Source: Rhizodiscina lignyota
Lineage: Eukaryota
Assembly: GCA_010015805.1 (NCBI GenBank)
Contig: ML978145.1
Span: 1 to 64,000 of the forward strand
Direction: 5' to 3'
DNA length: 64,000 bases
Shown: piece after piece, positions 37,652-50,995 of the stretch
How positions within the stretch are numbered: position 1 is the first letter of the stretch
How the letters are laid out: every line of letters begins with the position of its first letter
Program-made: the position numbers and the translations under genes
The notes under the pieces: generated by a model
The model's database searches: none
Seen by the model: the letters and a program-made list of their open reading frames with translations, nothing else
What the model was told of the DNA's origin: nothing

Positions 37652-40600
37652 TTACTCGAACACCATCAGAACATCTCCTGCGTTGACCATAGTGCCTGGC
37701 TTCTTAATTATTGCCTTGATCTTTTTCCCTTTCGCTTCCGTTGGGGCATAAACATTTATTTCCATTTTCATAGCTTCCAGAATTGTCACCAGGTGGCCAG
37801 CCTCCACGGTATCTCCAACGGCAACCTCCACTTTCCAGACATTAGCAGCCATTGGAGCCGCAACAGTAATCGAGTTCCTCAGCATGTCATTTAGATGCGA
37901 CTCATCGACCGGCTCGTCATCTGCTGTCTCCGCCATCCACTCTTCGTATAGCGTCTTTTCGATTGCTGCTTGCTGGTTCAATGCCTTTAGCTGGCGATCC
38001 TTGTATGCCATTACGTCCGGATCTTTCTTTGCTGCTTGGAACAGGCTATACGCTTGTTCAACATCGAAGACTCCTTCTCTCACATCCCACTCGTACTGGC
38101 CTGCTTGATACTCGGCATCCAAGCGATCATACTCTTCCACGCTGACCTCGTCAAACTTGATCAGATCGTACGGTTCAATAACCCAAGGTCTTTCGGTGGT
38201 GAATCCGGGCTTGTTTCCGAATGGATCAAACATTTCCAACGTCCGTGCCAGCATCATATAGCCACCGGGCTGTTCGATAGGGTAAAGCGAAAGAATGGAT
38301 CCACCAACTCCGACTGTCCCTCCGGGAGTGGAAACGCTACAAGCCATTTCATCAGCGTTCCTCGAGGACAGCATGATGTAAGATACTCACCGCGTTGGAT
38401 TATATTTCTGAGCAAGAAATGCTTTCGGCTAATCATTATCAGCATTACATACGGTTGACATGTACTCTAAACTTACTGCTAACGGGAAGAGCATTGGTGC
38501 TCCGCAAAGAAATCCCACAGCGACAACAACGAACTCGGTCTTGGTGAGGATTTCAAAAGCCTGGCGTCGACTTTCCATGGCATTTGCCTTCTTCAGATAT
38601 TCGACATTGTCGGGAAGATAGACAGCCTTGTTCCTCGTCGTGTCCATATATCTCTGGATGCACTCGTTTATGGCAGGATGATCGAGCACAACAGGAAGAC
38701 GAATCTCCCGACAGGGGATCTTAATGCTTACATTCGCCTCGATCGATGTCTCCAGTCCATCTATGAGACTGAGAAGGCTGCTCTGTGAGATCTTCTCGGG
38801 TTCATACTCGATCGTCAAACAGCCGATATGAGGAGTGAGAAGAAGGCCAGGCGCCTTCTCCAACTCTAATTTCTCTACAAGTAAGCGGATCCGGGAGACA
38901 ATACCAATATCGGCTGATTGTTCCCCAAATTCAACCAAGATGAAGGCATCGCCACCCTGGACGCATTAGCATGAAGAACTTGGAAAACACCGTCTTCTCT
39001 CAACACACCTGTCGATACACCACTCTGGGTCTAAGGGTACCGTTGGATGGAATCGACTTTAATATCGCAGTCGTATCACCGATGTCACTTCGTAATTGTT
39101 TAGTGCTCATGTTACTCGCTGGTGTTCCGTTCACTGTTCCGTTTATCATTATCCCACTCACTGTATTTTCAACAGACTTGATGTATGTCGCCACTACATG
39201 TTTCTGCTTGAGAGCTGATTCCAGAGAGATTGGAGTGAGAGCGACTTTGTCATCGGGGCGCAGCTGGCCAAGCTTCCACAGATCAGCTGTGACAACGGTG
39301 GAAGAGCAGATGAGTCCACCAAAATTTGGAGAATCAAATGCCAGGATCGTCGAAGCGTCTCCTCCCCAGTTCATTCCACCGGGAGAGGGATATCCGAAGC
39401 TGTTCTGATTGTCAGCCGGAAGCCCAGGTCAACGCATTGAAGCAGGCCATACTCCAGGTAGTTTGACGGGTGCGAGCCGGCCTGTAGCAGAATCAACAAT
39501 ATTCTTCACCCCAGCACTGCATAGATGAAGACTTACTTCGCCACCGTCAGAGCGCGCCCATTTCGGTGCAGGCCCGATGAGTTTGATCCCTGTTCGGTTG
39601 GAATTGTGCCCTACCCTCCAAAGGGTGTTGTACAGCATTTCCCGATCTTCAGCTGTCATGATGTCTGCGCTGTCGTGTGGGCCCTGCATGACATATACTT
39701 CCTTGATGTTGAAATCTGGTATCAATTCAACAGGGAGCGAAAACGCTTCGAATTTCTCCGCCCAGTTTGGACTTTGTTCAGAGAGTTCCAGATAGTCTCC
39801 TGCACGCACTTGGCGGCCCTGGGTCCCTCCGTACTTCAAGCTCGGCGTTGTCGCTTTGGAGCCAAATACCAGCGGAATATTTGGGAAGCCACCCTTAACA
39901 GCGAGGTAACATCGAATACCGGGCCCTTTCAGGAAACCGATCATAAGTTTCTGGCCGGCATCGATCCGCAGTCTTGACCACATTGGAACTTCTTTGCCAT
40001 CAACCGATACTGGCACTGCAGCGCCACATATAGCAATTACGGCTGCAGCGTTGAAAACGAGCTCTGGCCCGTCTAACGTAATTTCAAGAAGATCAAGGTC
40101 TTGATCATTACCGACTAGTATATTCGCAATCCGAGCGGATATGGAATCCATCGGCCCGCTCTTCGGAATACCGTGTCCCTTTTTTGGCCTTCCAACATCC
40201 TGAACGGTAGTAAAAGCTCCAGCCGAGAGGACATCAATCGCGCAAGGCCTGTATGGAAATGTATCCAGAAACGTCGTTAGCGTATTCCCTTTCCCAAAGT
40301 CGCTTGATGCTATAATCCTTTTCACGAAATCCAGGTTATTTGCGGGACCTTTAAAGGACACCTTGTATGCGAGAGCAGCTGTCATCTGAATGATTGTCTC
40401 AGCTCTTGTTGAAGCGTGCACCATCACTTTGGCAATCAATGGATCTTGGATGTGTCAATACGACTGACCTCCTCGTTGATACGACTTTCGGAGTGTACTT
40501 ACCGAAATACGATGTGATCTCTTGCCCGGACTTGACCCAAGTGTCGACTCTCAAGCTTCCATCCACAGGAATCACAACCTCCTGCAGGATACCCGGGCTG

Positions 40601-41842
40601 GGTGCAAAATTCCTTGATGGATTCTCGGCATATATCCGCACCTCGATTGCACTTCCATCAGGGCCATCTTTCACAAGCAGTCTCAGGCTTTCGATCGGAA
40701 TGCCGCCTGTTCCATGCCGTTCTCCGTCCGCTTGCAGAAGCATCAGCTCCACGAGATCTACTCCGTAGCAGAGTTCGGTGATTCCATGCTCCACTTGAAG
40801 TCTCGTGTTCATTTCCAAAAAGAAGAAGCTCCCGGTCTCATCGTCCACGAGAAATTCTACGGTACCAGCTGACTTGTAGTTCAGTGCCGATGCGTAATTA
40901 ACAGCACAGGTTGTCAGTTTCTCCCTCATTCCCGGCTTAGATTCAACAAACGGAGATGGACATTCCTCGATCACCTAATATTTTCAGCATCACAGTCGCT
41001 CTCAAACGAAAATTCTGCCCGCATACCTTCTGGTGCCTTCGTTGGATGCTACACTCGCGCTCCCCAAAGTGTACGACCTCATCGGCTCCGCCGAAGACTT
41101 GGACTTCAACATGTCTGCTTTTGGAGTAGTATTTCTCTAAGAAAACACCAGCATTCTTGAAAAGCGTCTCGCCACGACTCTGGACGCTCTTGTACTTGAC
41201 CCTGACATCTTCTGCAGAGAAGCAAACTTGAAGACCCATGCCACCTCCGCCACCAGTAGCTTTCAGCATGACCTGACAGAATCAGTAGGAACAATGAAAT
41301 CATGCACCCGAGAGAGCATACTGGAAATCCAAGCTTTTCGGCCTCTTCCACTGCAATCTGTTCACTCTCAAGCAGCTCGGTACCAGGCACAACAGGAACA
41401 CCCGTTGCAATTGCAAGTTCACGAGCGCGATGCTTCAGCCCCATAGCTGTAATGCTCTCCGGAGAAGGTCCAACGAAGACCATACCAGCATCTGCCACCT
41501 TTTGCGCGAAGCTAGCATTTTCGCTGAGAAAGCCATATCCTGGAATAACTGCGTCGACATTGTGCGCCTGGCAGATTTCGATGATGTTATCGCTGTAGTC
41601 TGTCAGAATCTTCAGCTTCGCAACAGGCTACTTTTGAGTGTATACACATCAAGATATCCGGCAACGCCTTCGGTTTTCAGCAAAACAGATTCATCTGCGA
41701 GACTGACATGGAGAGACGTTGAATCTGCAGGAGTATATATCGAGACACTTTGCAGTCCGAGCTTCGAGCATGCCCGAATGCAGCGCGCTGCTATTTCGCC
41801 TCTATTGGCCACTAGAACCTTCCGAATACTCGAAAGCCCCAT
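37652..41842 (-). CDS. lamA: LamA-type urea-carboxylase-like protein: biotin carboxylase + AHS2(PxpC) + AHS1(PxpB) + biotin carrier
   Basis: KVLVANRGEIA, PGYGFLSEN, KATGGGGGMG, ECSIQRRHQK, EMNTRLQVEH, TTVQD..GPMD, KYNPTR, EAMKM; all 9 introns read by eye keep the frame. Confidence 0.85.
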
Positions 41843-42375
41843 GATTAGACGAAAATATGGGCCAAAGCCGCCAAACACAACTTCAGGAAGTTGCAGGATT
41901 CAGTCGGTTTGGGAGTGAACTAATTCGTCATACGATACATCAGAAGCATACCATTGCAAAACGAGTAAGGCATCTTACTATGATCCGCATTCCAGTTTCA
42001 CCTCCGGCGTTGATGAGCAAACTTCCTGCGGTCTGCCGAAATGGCTTATCGCTCGGTGCAGCGGGGGGCGTTCCGCCTCACGTACAAGGATACTGTCATA
42101 TCTTTCTTGCCGAGAACTGTCCGCCAGACATGGAAATTGTTCACGATCTACATATCCGCGGTTGTAAAAATGCGGAGACGAGGAGACGAGGAATATGTGT
42201 CACTCATCAATATCGTACTCTTACATAATAGCACTACCTGCCCGATTGGGCAGATGCTGACCGTCAACATCTCCAAAGGAGAAAGGAAAGATAGATATTG
42301 GACAGGTAGCAATACCTATTGCGAATGCTAATTTTTGGAAGATAAAGGTAGACTATTTGTTATCAACATATACAA

Positions 42376-43245
42376 CTACGACCATCCCTTTTCGGTGTTG
42401 ATCTGATCAATTGCTTTCCGACACGCCTTCGCGTTATCCAACGCCGTCGGCATATCCGAATGAATACATATGGAGAATGGCTTTCCCTTGAAATCCAGTT
42501 TCACCGGCACGCCTTCAAAGCCGATTACTGAATTCTCCTTACCAATCGACATTGTCCGAGTGTAGACATCGTCTGGAGTAGCTAGCTTGCCCTGCCCAAC
42601 GCGGACGAGCTTCTTGTTATTGTCAAAGAAGATATCCACGTACGCTTCTTCAACAAAGATGAGGCCGTACTTCTCACACAGCGCCTTCTCTTCGTCGGAT
42701 CCAATGGCGCCATAAACCGGCACGCCAAATGTGGCGCATGCTTTAATGACAGCTTCGCATATTGCGAGGTCGCGCTGCATGTAGAAGAAGAGTTCCCCGT
42801 GCGGCTGCTTCGTGTTTAGTTCAATTCAACTGGCCGGAGAGTGAAAATACCTTGATATGATTCAACGGCACACCCTCGGCCTTGAGAAAAGCAGTGAGAG
42901 CTCCAACTTGGTAGAGAATCATCGCATACATGTCCTCAGGGTCAATTTCTACCTTGCGACGTCCAAATCCGATGAGGTCTTGAAGACCAGGATGGGCACC
43001 GATCTTGACTCCGTGCTCTTTAGCCAACTTCACCGTTTTGCGCATAATAGATGGATCGCCTGCGTGAAACCCACAGGCGATATTTGCGACATCTGCTAAT
43101 TTCATGAGTTCCTCATCCGGTCCCTGTTCATAGCGTAAGTTAGCATGACCGAAGCCGAAGTCAGGCTGGCTCATACCATCTTCCACCGCCCGAACCCCTC
43201 ACCCATATCGCAATTAATTTCGAGCTTCTTCACGATATTCTCCAT
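42376..43245 (-). CDS. lamB: LamB/YcsF (PxpA-like) lactam utilisation protein
   Basis: [27 protein letters not shown]...GFGRR, HIK|PHG, SICIHSD; 2 introns. Confidence 0.92.
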
Positions 43246-43972
43246 GATATGTGGCCTGGTTAGAATTGGATGACGCTTGCAGAATGTTTGGTGTCTCACG
43301 TTGCTGCGGAGTATTGGAGGATGTCGGCATCTTGGCCCGTTCGCAATGGAGTGAGACTCCGTCGCACCGAACGTCACCGCGAATTTCTCTCACGTCACAT
43401 CCTCAATTCTTATTTTCAACTCACGGACACCGTTCCGCGTTTCAATCCATGTTCTCCAGCACAGATGGCTTTCTCCGGTTCCAGCTGGACGTCTCTCTTT
43501 CCCGGTGCAGTCAAAAATCCCCGTTGAAATTCCGGCTAACTACGACCCTTGCTTCCGATCGCCACATCAACAGATAAAACGTCTTATCGTCCATCCTCGG
43601 ACAAATCGACCATTAACTTGAACGTACAGTACCCTGGGGCTGATAACACCTTGAGTGATGCCAAAATGTGATGCGAAGTCAGGGCTTACATTGTTCAAAT
43701 CATTGCGGGCAAAATTGGTAGGGGAACATGCAGCCGATGCACGTACATGGAAAAGTGCGCAGTATCAATTCAAGGAAGCTTGCGACATCGTCACAATGAA
43801 GAAGATGTGCAAGGTTCTGTACACTATGGTCTGGATTCCTTGTCGGACAATCCGACCTGTACCTGTACTCCTTGTTGTACCTCCGCGTTGTTTCCTCCTT
43901 TCCTCCTTCATGGCTTGAATCAATGTCAGAGCTGCTAAACAAACATCTCTTTCAATTTCTATATTCGGCACA
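43246..43972. promoter_or_regulatory. Bidirectional lamB/transporter promoter with GATA (AreA-type) and SYGGRG (CreA-type) sites
   Basis: GATAA 43573, TTATC 43584, CTGGGG 43634, GATAA 43642 within about 75 bp. Confidence 0.5.
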
Positions 43973-46334
43973 ATGGCAGGCACTTTGTTACCTCAAGGCG
44001 CTGGATATGGCATCATCATTGGATTTGGGGCCCTTTTCGCCCTTGGCATGTGGGGACTCGCAGTGCTTCTCGCCAAATTCCACAACGAAGTCCAAGGGTC
44101 GGAGATGTTCATGACAGCGAAACGCTCCGTACGAACTGGACTTGTAGCTTCTGCAGTCGTGAGTTCGTGGACGATTGCGGCTACATTACTCACATCCTCT
44201 ACATGGGCGTTCGAATTTGGAGTCTCGGGTGCGTATTACTATGGAGCGGGAGCAACTGTGCAAATCTTCGTCTTTGCAGGTATGGCCTTCTACGTCTGTC
44301 CGTGACGTGACATGGACCTTATAAAGCTGATTAGAAAAGTTGCGGCAATTGAGATGAAGCGACGAGCTCCCGGTGCGCATACGTTCCTCGAGGTGGCGCG
44401 CATAAGATACGGTACAGCAGGTCACATTATCTTCATCATCTACTCCACCATCTATGCGATTATCAACTGTGTCAACATTCTGGTTGGAGGATCGGGAGTT
44501 TTCACTGCTTTGACTGGCATGAATGTAATTGCCGGTGTCTGGCTGTTACCGGTCGGCGTTGTGATATATACTTTGACCGGTGGAATTAAAGCAACCATCT
44601 TGACAGATTACACTCATACCAGTAAGTAAATGCCCATTGCCCTACGATTTATTTTCATTCAAAGATACGTCCGTTACAATAGCGAGACTAACTTCTTCTC
44701 TAGTCGTCATCTATGCGATGGTCCTCGCGGGACTGTTCGTCGTATACACTAGCAACGATGTTCTCGGAAGCCCAGACAGAGTCTATGATCTCCTCCGCGA
44801 CGCGGCAAAGACTGCGCCGGTACCTGGAAATGCTGGCGGTGAATACGTAACAATGCGATCACAGAGCGGCGTGCTCTTGGGTGTCGTCTTTTGGTGCGCC
44901 GTGTTTGGAACAACAATCGATGTGCAGCTATTTCAGAAGGCTGTCAGGTATTTCTTCCGTTGATGACTCTAAGCTCATAATTGACTTCCTCATAGCGCGG
45001 ATCCTGTCAGCACCCTTCCAGGTTACATGATTGGAGGATTGGCATGGTTCAGCATCCGTGAGTATCTTGAACTGTGGGATTCCCAGCTGGTACTAATGAA
45101 TTTTGTTAAGCATTCTGCCTTGCAACAACATTTGGCCTCGCCGCTAGAGCACTGCAAGGATCACCGGGAATGCACACGCTCGATGCCGACGACATATCCC
45201 ACGGCTTGGCTTTGCCATACGCGGCACAAGCTCTTATGGGCAAGGGTGGATCATTCTTCGTCCTTCTCATGACATTCATGGCATGCACGTCTGGATTTTC
45301 AGCAGATATCGTCTCAATCGCGGCCGTATATACGTACGATATTTACAGTGCATACATCAGCCCGACGACATCTGGCGGGAAGCTTCTGCGGATGTCTCAT
45401 TTTGCTGTCATTGTTTGGGCTGTGTGCATGGCAGTGATTGCCACTGGTATTTCTCAGACATCGATCGGTGTCAATTATCTGGTTACTTGCATGGGTATGG
45501 AATGAAGGGTAGCACTAATAACATGATGAGCTGACTGCCCGACAGGCGTCTTCACCGGCTGTGCCGTGTTCCCGATATACAGTACGCTTCTGTGGAAACG
45601 ACAAAACAAAATCGCAATCACTGTAGCCCCAGTGCTCGGTAGCATAACCGCAATCGGCTCATGGTTAGGCAGCACACATGCTCTGGAAGGAGCAGTGACT
45701 GTCGCGAGTACTTCACAGACGATCCCTCTTGTAATCGGAAATGCGGTATCGCTGTTCAGTGGCGCGATATACTCCATTATCCTCACTTATGCATTCGGCC
45801 CGGATGACTTTGATTGGAGTCGATTAAAGACGGATATCATAGTCGTCGACGACAGTGACATTCAAGGTCTCACTGCAGAACAGCTAGCCGAGCAGAATGC
45901 GGCAGAGCTTCTGACTCCCGAAGCTGACAGAGCACTGAAGAGGGGGAAGTGGCAAGCGATGCTGATCGCAGCTATTCTTTGCGCCATCTTTGTCATTCTC
46001 TGGGTAAGTTACACTTTTCTGAGCAGCAGTGAGGTTGGGAACGTACTGACAGGGCTTGAAGCCGATGCCAATGTATGGCACAGACTACATCTTCTCGAAG
46101 CCATTCTTCCGCTTCTGGGTCGCATTAACATTTTTGTGGGCCTTTGGAGCTACTCTGATAATAACGCTTATGCCGCTGATCGAGGGAAGGAAGACAATTG
46201 CCATGTTCTGGAAATTTGCAACTGGCAGGCGTGTTTCCAAACCGGAGATGGTAGAAGGAGAACAGCAGCCTTCAGATTCTGACGAGAGAGTTGCTCAAAT
46301 CAATGTGAGTAAAACAGATATGGAAAAGGTCTAA
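43973..46334 (+). CDS. Sodium:solute symporter family transporter, DUR3 (urea/polyamine)-like
   Basis: LPQGAGYG, EMFMTAKRSVRTGLVASAVVSSWT, AYYYGAGATVQ, KRRAPGAHTFLE, GGIKATILTDY, PMPMYGTDYIFSK; 6 introns keep the frame. Confidence 0.9.
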
Positions 46335-46774
46335 GAGAGCTTTGTAGAAATAGACGACACAATCGATATCCACTTACGCTACGTTAATGTGCTCCGTTTC
46401 CTGCGAGGAACCACAGATTAGCAGGTCTTGCTCATCTGTCAAGCTGACCCGCGGAAGCTCAACAAATCCAATACAATATTACTCAGGAAATCTCACAGGC
46501 GTCAGGTTGAGCAGAAGTTTCGTGTCTTCGTCTCATAAGCTTTCTCGTATATTAATCACGGCCTCTCAGGAGCCGGAGAGGCAAGATCCGTTGATGACAT
46601 AATACAGCGCAAACCGCGGCTGCTTTCCGCGGCTCAACCCCGACCCCCCGCAACCTCCTTCTCCTCTCCATTTGAGAGTCCGTGCAGCTCTCATACTCAT
46701 ATCAGGGCTTCCATCCGCGGCCATGATCCAGGCAATAGAGTTGAAACCCTACCGCATCGGACGACACCGCGTGG

Positions 46775-48849
46775 ATGCCGGAGGACACAGAAAACGGCCC
46801 AAGAAGCAAGAAACCGAGACTCCAGTCCGGCCAAGCATGTAGTAATTGTCGACGGAAGAAACATCGCTGCGATGGCGAACGACCGAAATGCTCTGGATGC
46901 CGGAGTCGTGGAATCACGTGCGAGTATCCCCTCGACAGTGTCAATTTGCTCTCCATACACGAGATAGAGGCCCTTGTTGAAGCCAACAGGAGGAAAGCAA
47001 GTGATGAGCGTGTGACGAACCAACATCGTAGCAGCTCAATCAATTCTCCTCATCCTTCCGATCCGAGTCATAAGACTCCATCAATTCCTGCTGTTGAACC
47101 AGTCCAAAGCCAAACCGCTTCCAGCCCGACTGGCTTCTTCGGTGGCTCATCAACCTTCAATCTACTCTCTACAATTCACCCAAGTAATGGAGAGGAGCAA
47201 AGATCTGAGCATCGTCCACATGCGACACAATGGTCCGAACGGGACGGATCCGGTATTGATTTTGACAATTCCCGATATCAGTTTCCTACTCGTGCTTTTG
47301 CCGATCAACTGGTAGATGCGTACTTCGAACGTGTGCACATTCTGTATCCGTTTCTTCACGAGACCACGTTTCGTGCAGATTACGAGCTGATGTGGTCGCC
47401 TGAAACATCCCATGCCCTGAAGAGCGACACCGCGAAGTCGGCAATCTTGAATATTGTTTTCGGTTATGGCTGCGAATTTAGTCACGCGCTGCCCGAGCAT
47501 GACATTTTCGACAAAGCTTCTCCTTTTGTGTCGCGAGCCCGTAACATCATCTTCTCTCACGTTTTTAAGAATACGGACTTGGCTCTGGTGCAAGCAATGC
47601 TACTTCTGTCTCATTATTTGCAGGGCATATTGGAGCTGAATGAGTGCTGGAATCTAGTAGGCCTGATGATACGAAGCGCCATTAGCATCGGACTTCACCA
47701 GAATCCCTCTGAGGATAAGAGCTTAACGCCTGTGGAGAAGGAGATCCGCAAGCGCGTCTGGTGGGGTTGCTTTATCTTAAACCGGACGCTAAGCATGAAG
47801 TTTGGGAGGCCACCGTCGATTATGGTTGATGATGCACTCAACGTGGATTTGCCATTTGACGTTGATGATCAGTATATCACTGAGCCTTCTGCTATTCCAC
47901 GACAGCCATCTTCCAGACCATCTCGAACCACATTCTTCACTCAAACAGTATCTCAACAGCGGAAAGAACCGCATCAATAAAGCCTCCAAATTATCGCAGC
48001 TTCCTGGAACTACCGAGTCGATCATCTTGGGAAATGCAGTTGTTCTTGATGGCAATCTGCAAGCTTGGTGGAACAGTATGCCGGCACATCTGCGACTGCT
48101 ACCCACACTGCCAGATGGCCCTGATTTTCAAAGACAGCGTTGCGTAATCCGCATCAGGTAAATTCTACAACTCACACTACATTCTACAGATATAGTGAAG
48201 ACCTTGCAGATATATAAACATGCGAGTGCTCTTACAACGAGCTCCATTTCTACATTTCAGCCGCCATCGAATTGACGACAGCTGCCTTCGAGCCGTTGCT
48301 GTTGCTTCAGCGAAGACTTGCTTGGAAGCGGCCCGAGACGCGATTCGGCTAATAAACGAGCAATATGAGGATCGGATGCTCAATTCACTGTGGTATATCT
48401 GCACTGTGAGTAATCTGTGTTTGTTGCGATTTTACTGGCTTTGGGAGCGATCGGGCAAGCATCGGAAATGGTGTTCTCCGCTAACCGATACGATAGACGT
48501 TTTCACAGCAATTGGTGTCTTGCTATACCTGCAGACGATGGACAGAGCGAGACTGGAACTGCTCGGTGAACCGTTGGGTGATGACACTCTCGAATGTGGA
48601 ATGCGCTTCTTGCGCATGGCAAGTCGCAGTAGCAAACTCGCTGCCCGATACTTGGAAATGCTCGAGCACATTTTGCATTCGACCAATTCACGATTGCGCG
48701 ATACAAGTCAAGCTGCAGGGACCACAGGGAGAATCAATCGAGCGATTACCTCGGATCTTCCAACGATTCCAGCATACAGACCGACACTGATGACCGCCAT
48801 GATAATCCAAGCGGTTCCGTACGAAGTAGCGTGTGCAAATGGGAGCTAG
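46775..48849 (+). pseudogene. Zn(II)2Cys6 transcription factor with fungal TF middle domain, frameshifted and 3'-damaged
   Basis: ACSNCRRKKHRCDGERPKCSGCRSRGITC; YFERVH..YPFLH; RKRVWWGC..LSMKFGRP; frame change at about 47948 with no usable intron; 3' end runs into the MFS gene. Confidence 0.7.
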
Positions 48850-50503
48850 AACAGCATCAGTATGAATGCAAGACGAACAGAAGCAATAGAAAGGAGGCTG
48901 ACCATGTAGAAACCCAATGTAAAGGAGAATGTCAAGCGGCCGAAGTTGAGAAGGGTGGAGATCTCTGCCGACTGAGGTCTGTAGCGGTCTGCCAAATATG
49001 CAAAGATGTTTGTCGAGATGATCTGGAGACCGAAGCACCCGATCCCCATACCCATCACTGGACCCATCCAGTGTGTTCGATGCTGAAAGCACACTTCTTC
49101 GATAATCACACCTGCTGGAAGCAGGATCAATCCAGGCCACATAACATGGAGCCGTGTCTCGGGAGGCGATTCGCCATTATGCCGCCTGTTGGACCACAGA
49201 AGCAGCAAATCGCTGACCGGACCAGCTGCAAGCTCACCTATGATCGATCCAATAGTTGTTGGGACTCCGATGGCAAGACCGACTTGCGCAGTGTCGAATC
49301 CGTAGATGGCGCTAAATGACGCAGATCCTGTTACAGCGAACAAGACGGTCCCAATGCCAAAGGCATAACTGTAGTAGATGGTGGTGAGCAAGACTGAAGG
49401 GTACTTGAGCATGATGAAGCAATGGGTAAGGTCCCAGAGGCGGAGATGGCGTTTGACTGATTTCGGCCAAGGCCTGAGAAGGCGAATCCAAGAGCGCAAA
49501 TTCATCTGTGTATCTCCTGCGACTTGATCTCGGTGGTCAACATCTCGATGAAAGATCGTCTCTGGAAGCAAAAACAAGTTGAGAACCCAAGTAATTCCGA
49601 GGGCAATACAAGGCACCCAATAGCACCATCTCCAGCCGACATCTTTGGCAACGAATCCGCCGACGAGTACTGCGATATGAGCACCGTTTGTAGTACTTGG
49701 TCATGATCAGTATCACAACTCAATTCTCAACATGGCTGGCAGGTACTGACAAAATAACGTAGATACCCATGTACCTGGAGCACCATCAGCATCCCGTGAA
49801 AACAACAGAATTATCCGCAACATACTTTCCGCGTTCATGCATGAAATACATGTCGGACACAACAGATGCACCGATTCCCATGCCTGCTGAAGTCCCAACT
49901 CCAACGAATACACGAGCGACCAGCAGATTTTTCCAATGCGTGGAAATTGCGGACCTAGCACCAGCCACAATACCAATTATGCAGCTGAAAATGTACACTG
50001 GCCTACGACCGTATATGTTTGCTAATGGAGAGTAGAAAAGGGGAGCGACACCGGCCAAGACAATTGCAAGTGTCGTATTATACGAAGCTTCCGTGATTGT
50101 GATTCCCATGAATTGCGATAGAGGTCGATACGCGGAGTTCTTCCAGACTCTGTCAACAGGACTCTCCTTTCCGGCTCATTATTATATGGTACTCACAATA
50201 GCGCCTTGTGAGAATGGTCCCAGAAAGCCTAGGAAAGAGACCTGCAGCAAGACGAGAAGCTTGATCCATCTATTCCAATTGAGAGGATCTACGTAGTCTC
50301 AATTGGACGTCAAGATGGAGAATTCGGAAAATTGTCGACTCACCAAGAGGACTATCTGTCGGCTGAGGGCGGAGAGGAAAACCATGCTTATCAAGCTTCG
50401 GTTGACTCTCTTGGTTTGAGCGCGCTTCTGACTCTCCGATGATTTCTTGCTTTTCGGACTCCCACCTCTTCTCAATATCAGTGTGAGCTGCGGCGCCTTC
50501 CAT
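48708..50503 (-). CDS. MFS transporter (DHA1-like) with aberrant C-terminus
   Basis: PQPTDSPL|DPLNW, PLANIYGRRPVY, DMYFMHERGK, GWRWCYW, LPET; last exon LPFAHAT...LYAGIV runs antisense into the TF to TGA at 48708-48710. Confidence 0.8.
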
Positions 50504-50995
50504 CTTGAAGAACGGAGAATGTTCGTAACGATATCGTCAAACGCAACAGAAGCAAGATTTTAAGAAGGAAAGGATCAGATGCAGGGAAAGGAGAATAACC
50601 AAGTTGTCGGAAGTCCTGGTTTTACAGTGCTAATTCAAATGGCCTCGACCGCGTTCCTCCGCCATCCCGCGGGCTTTGGCCGCAAGCCACGCGGCATACC
50701 CCATGAGATCCAATTCCCCAGAATCTCACTATTTCCCTACGGTGATGTTCCTTGGATCTGGGGAAAGCCTGTATTTCGTGAGGGGAAGTCGGAATGCTGC
50801 CGCGGTTTCACACCGAACCTACCAACTCATTGCTTCCTCACATCAGCCTGTACAAATATACTCACATAATTCTCATTTGAGATACGGCTCTTAAACCTCC
50901 GATTCAACATTCTTCGCACACTATAGTATCCTCTGAGTATCTCGCAATCTCTTTAGTTCTCAAGTGCGGTTGGTTTTCATCGCCGAGATCTCACA

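Noticed and set aside
37652..41842. DUR1,2 urea amidolyase
   Set aside because: No N-terminal amidase domain, CT motif differs, and it is paired with lamB
47948..47959. GTATCTCAACAG as an intron rescuing the TF frame
   Set aside because: Only 12 nt, no branch site, and a multiple of 3, so it would not fix the frame
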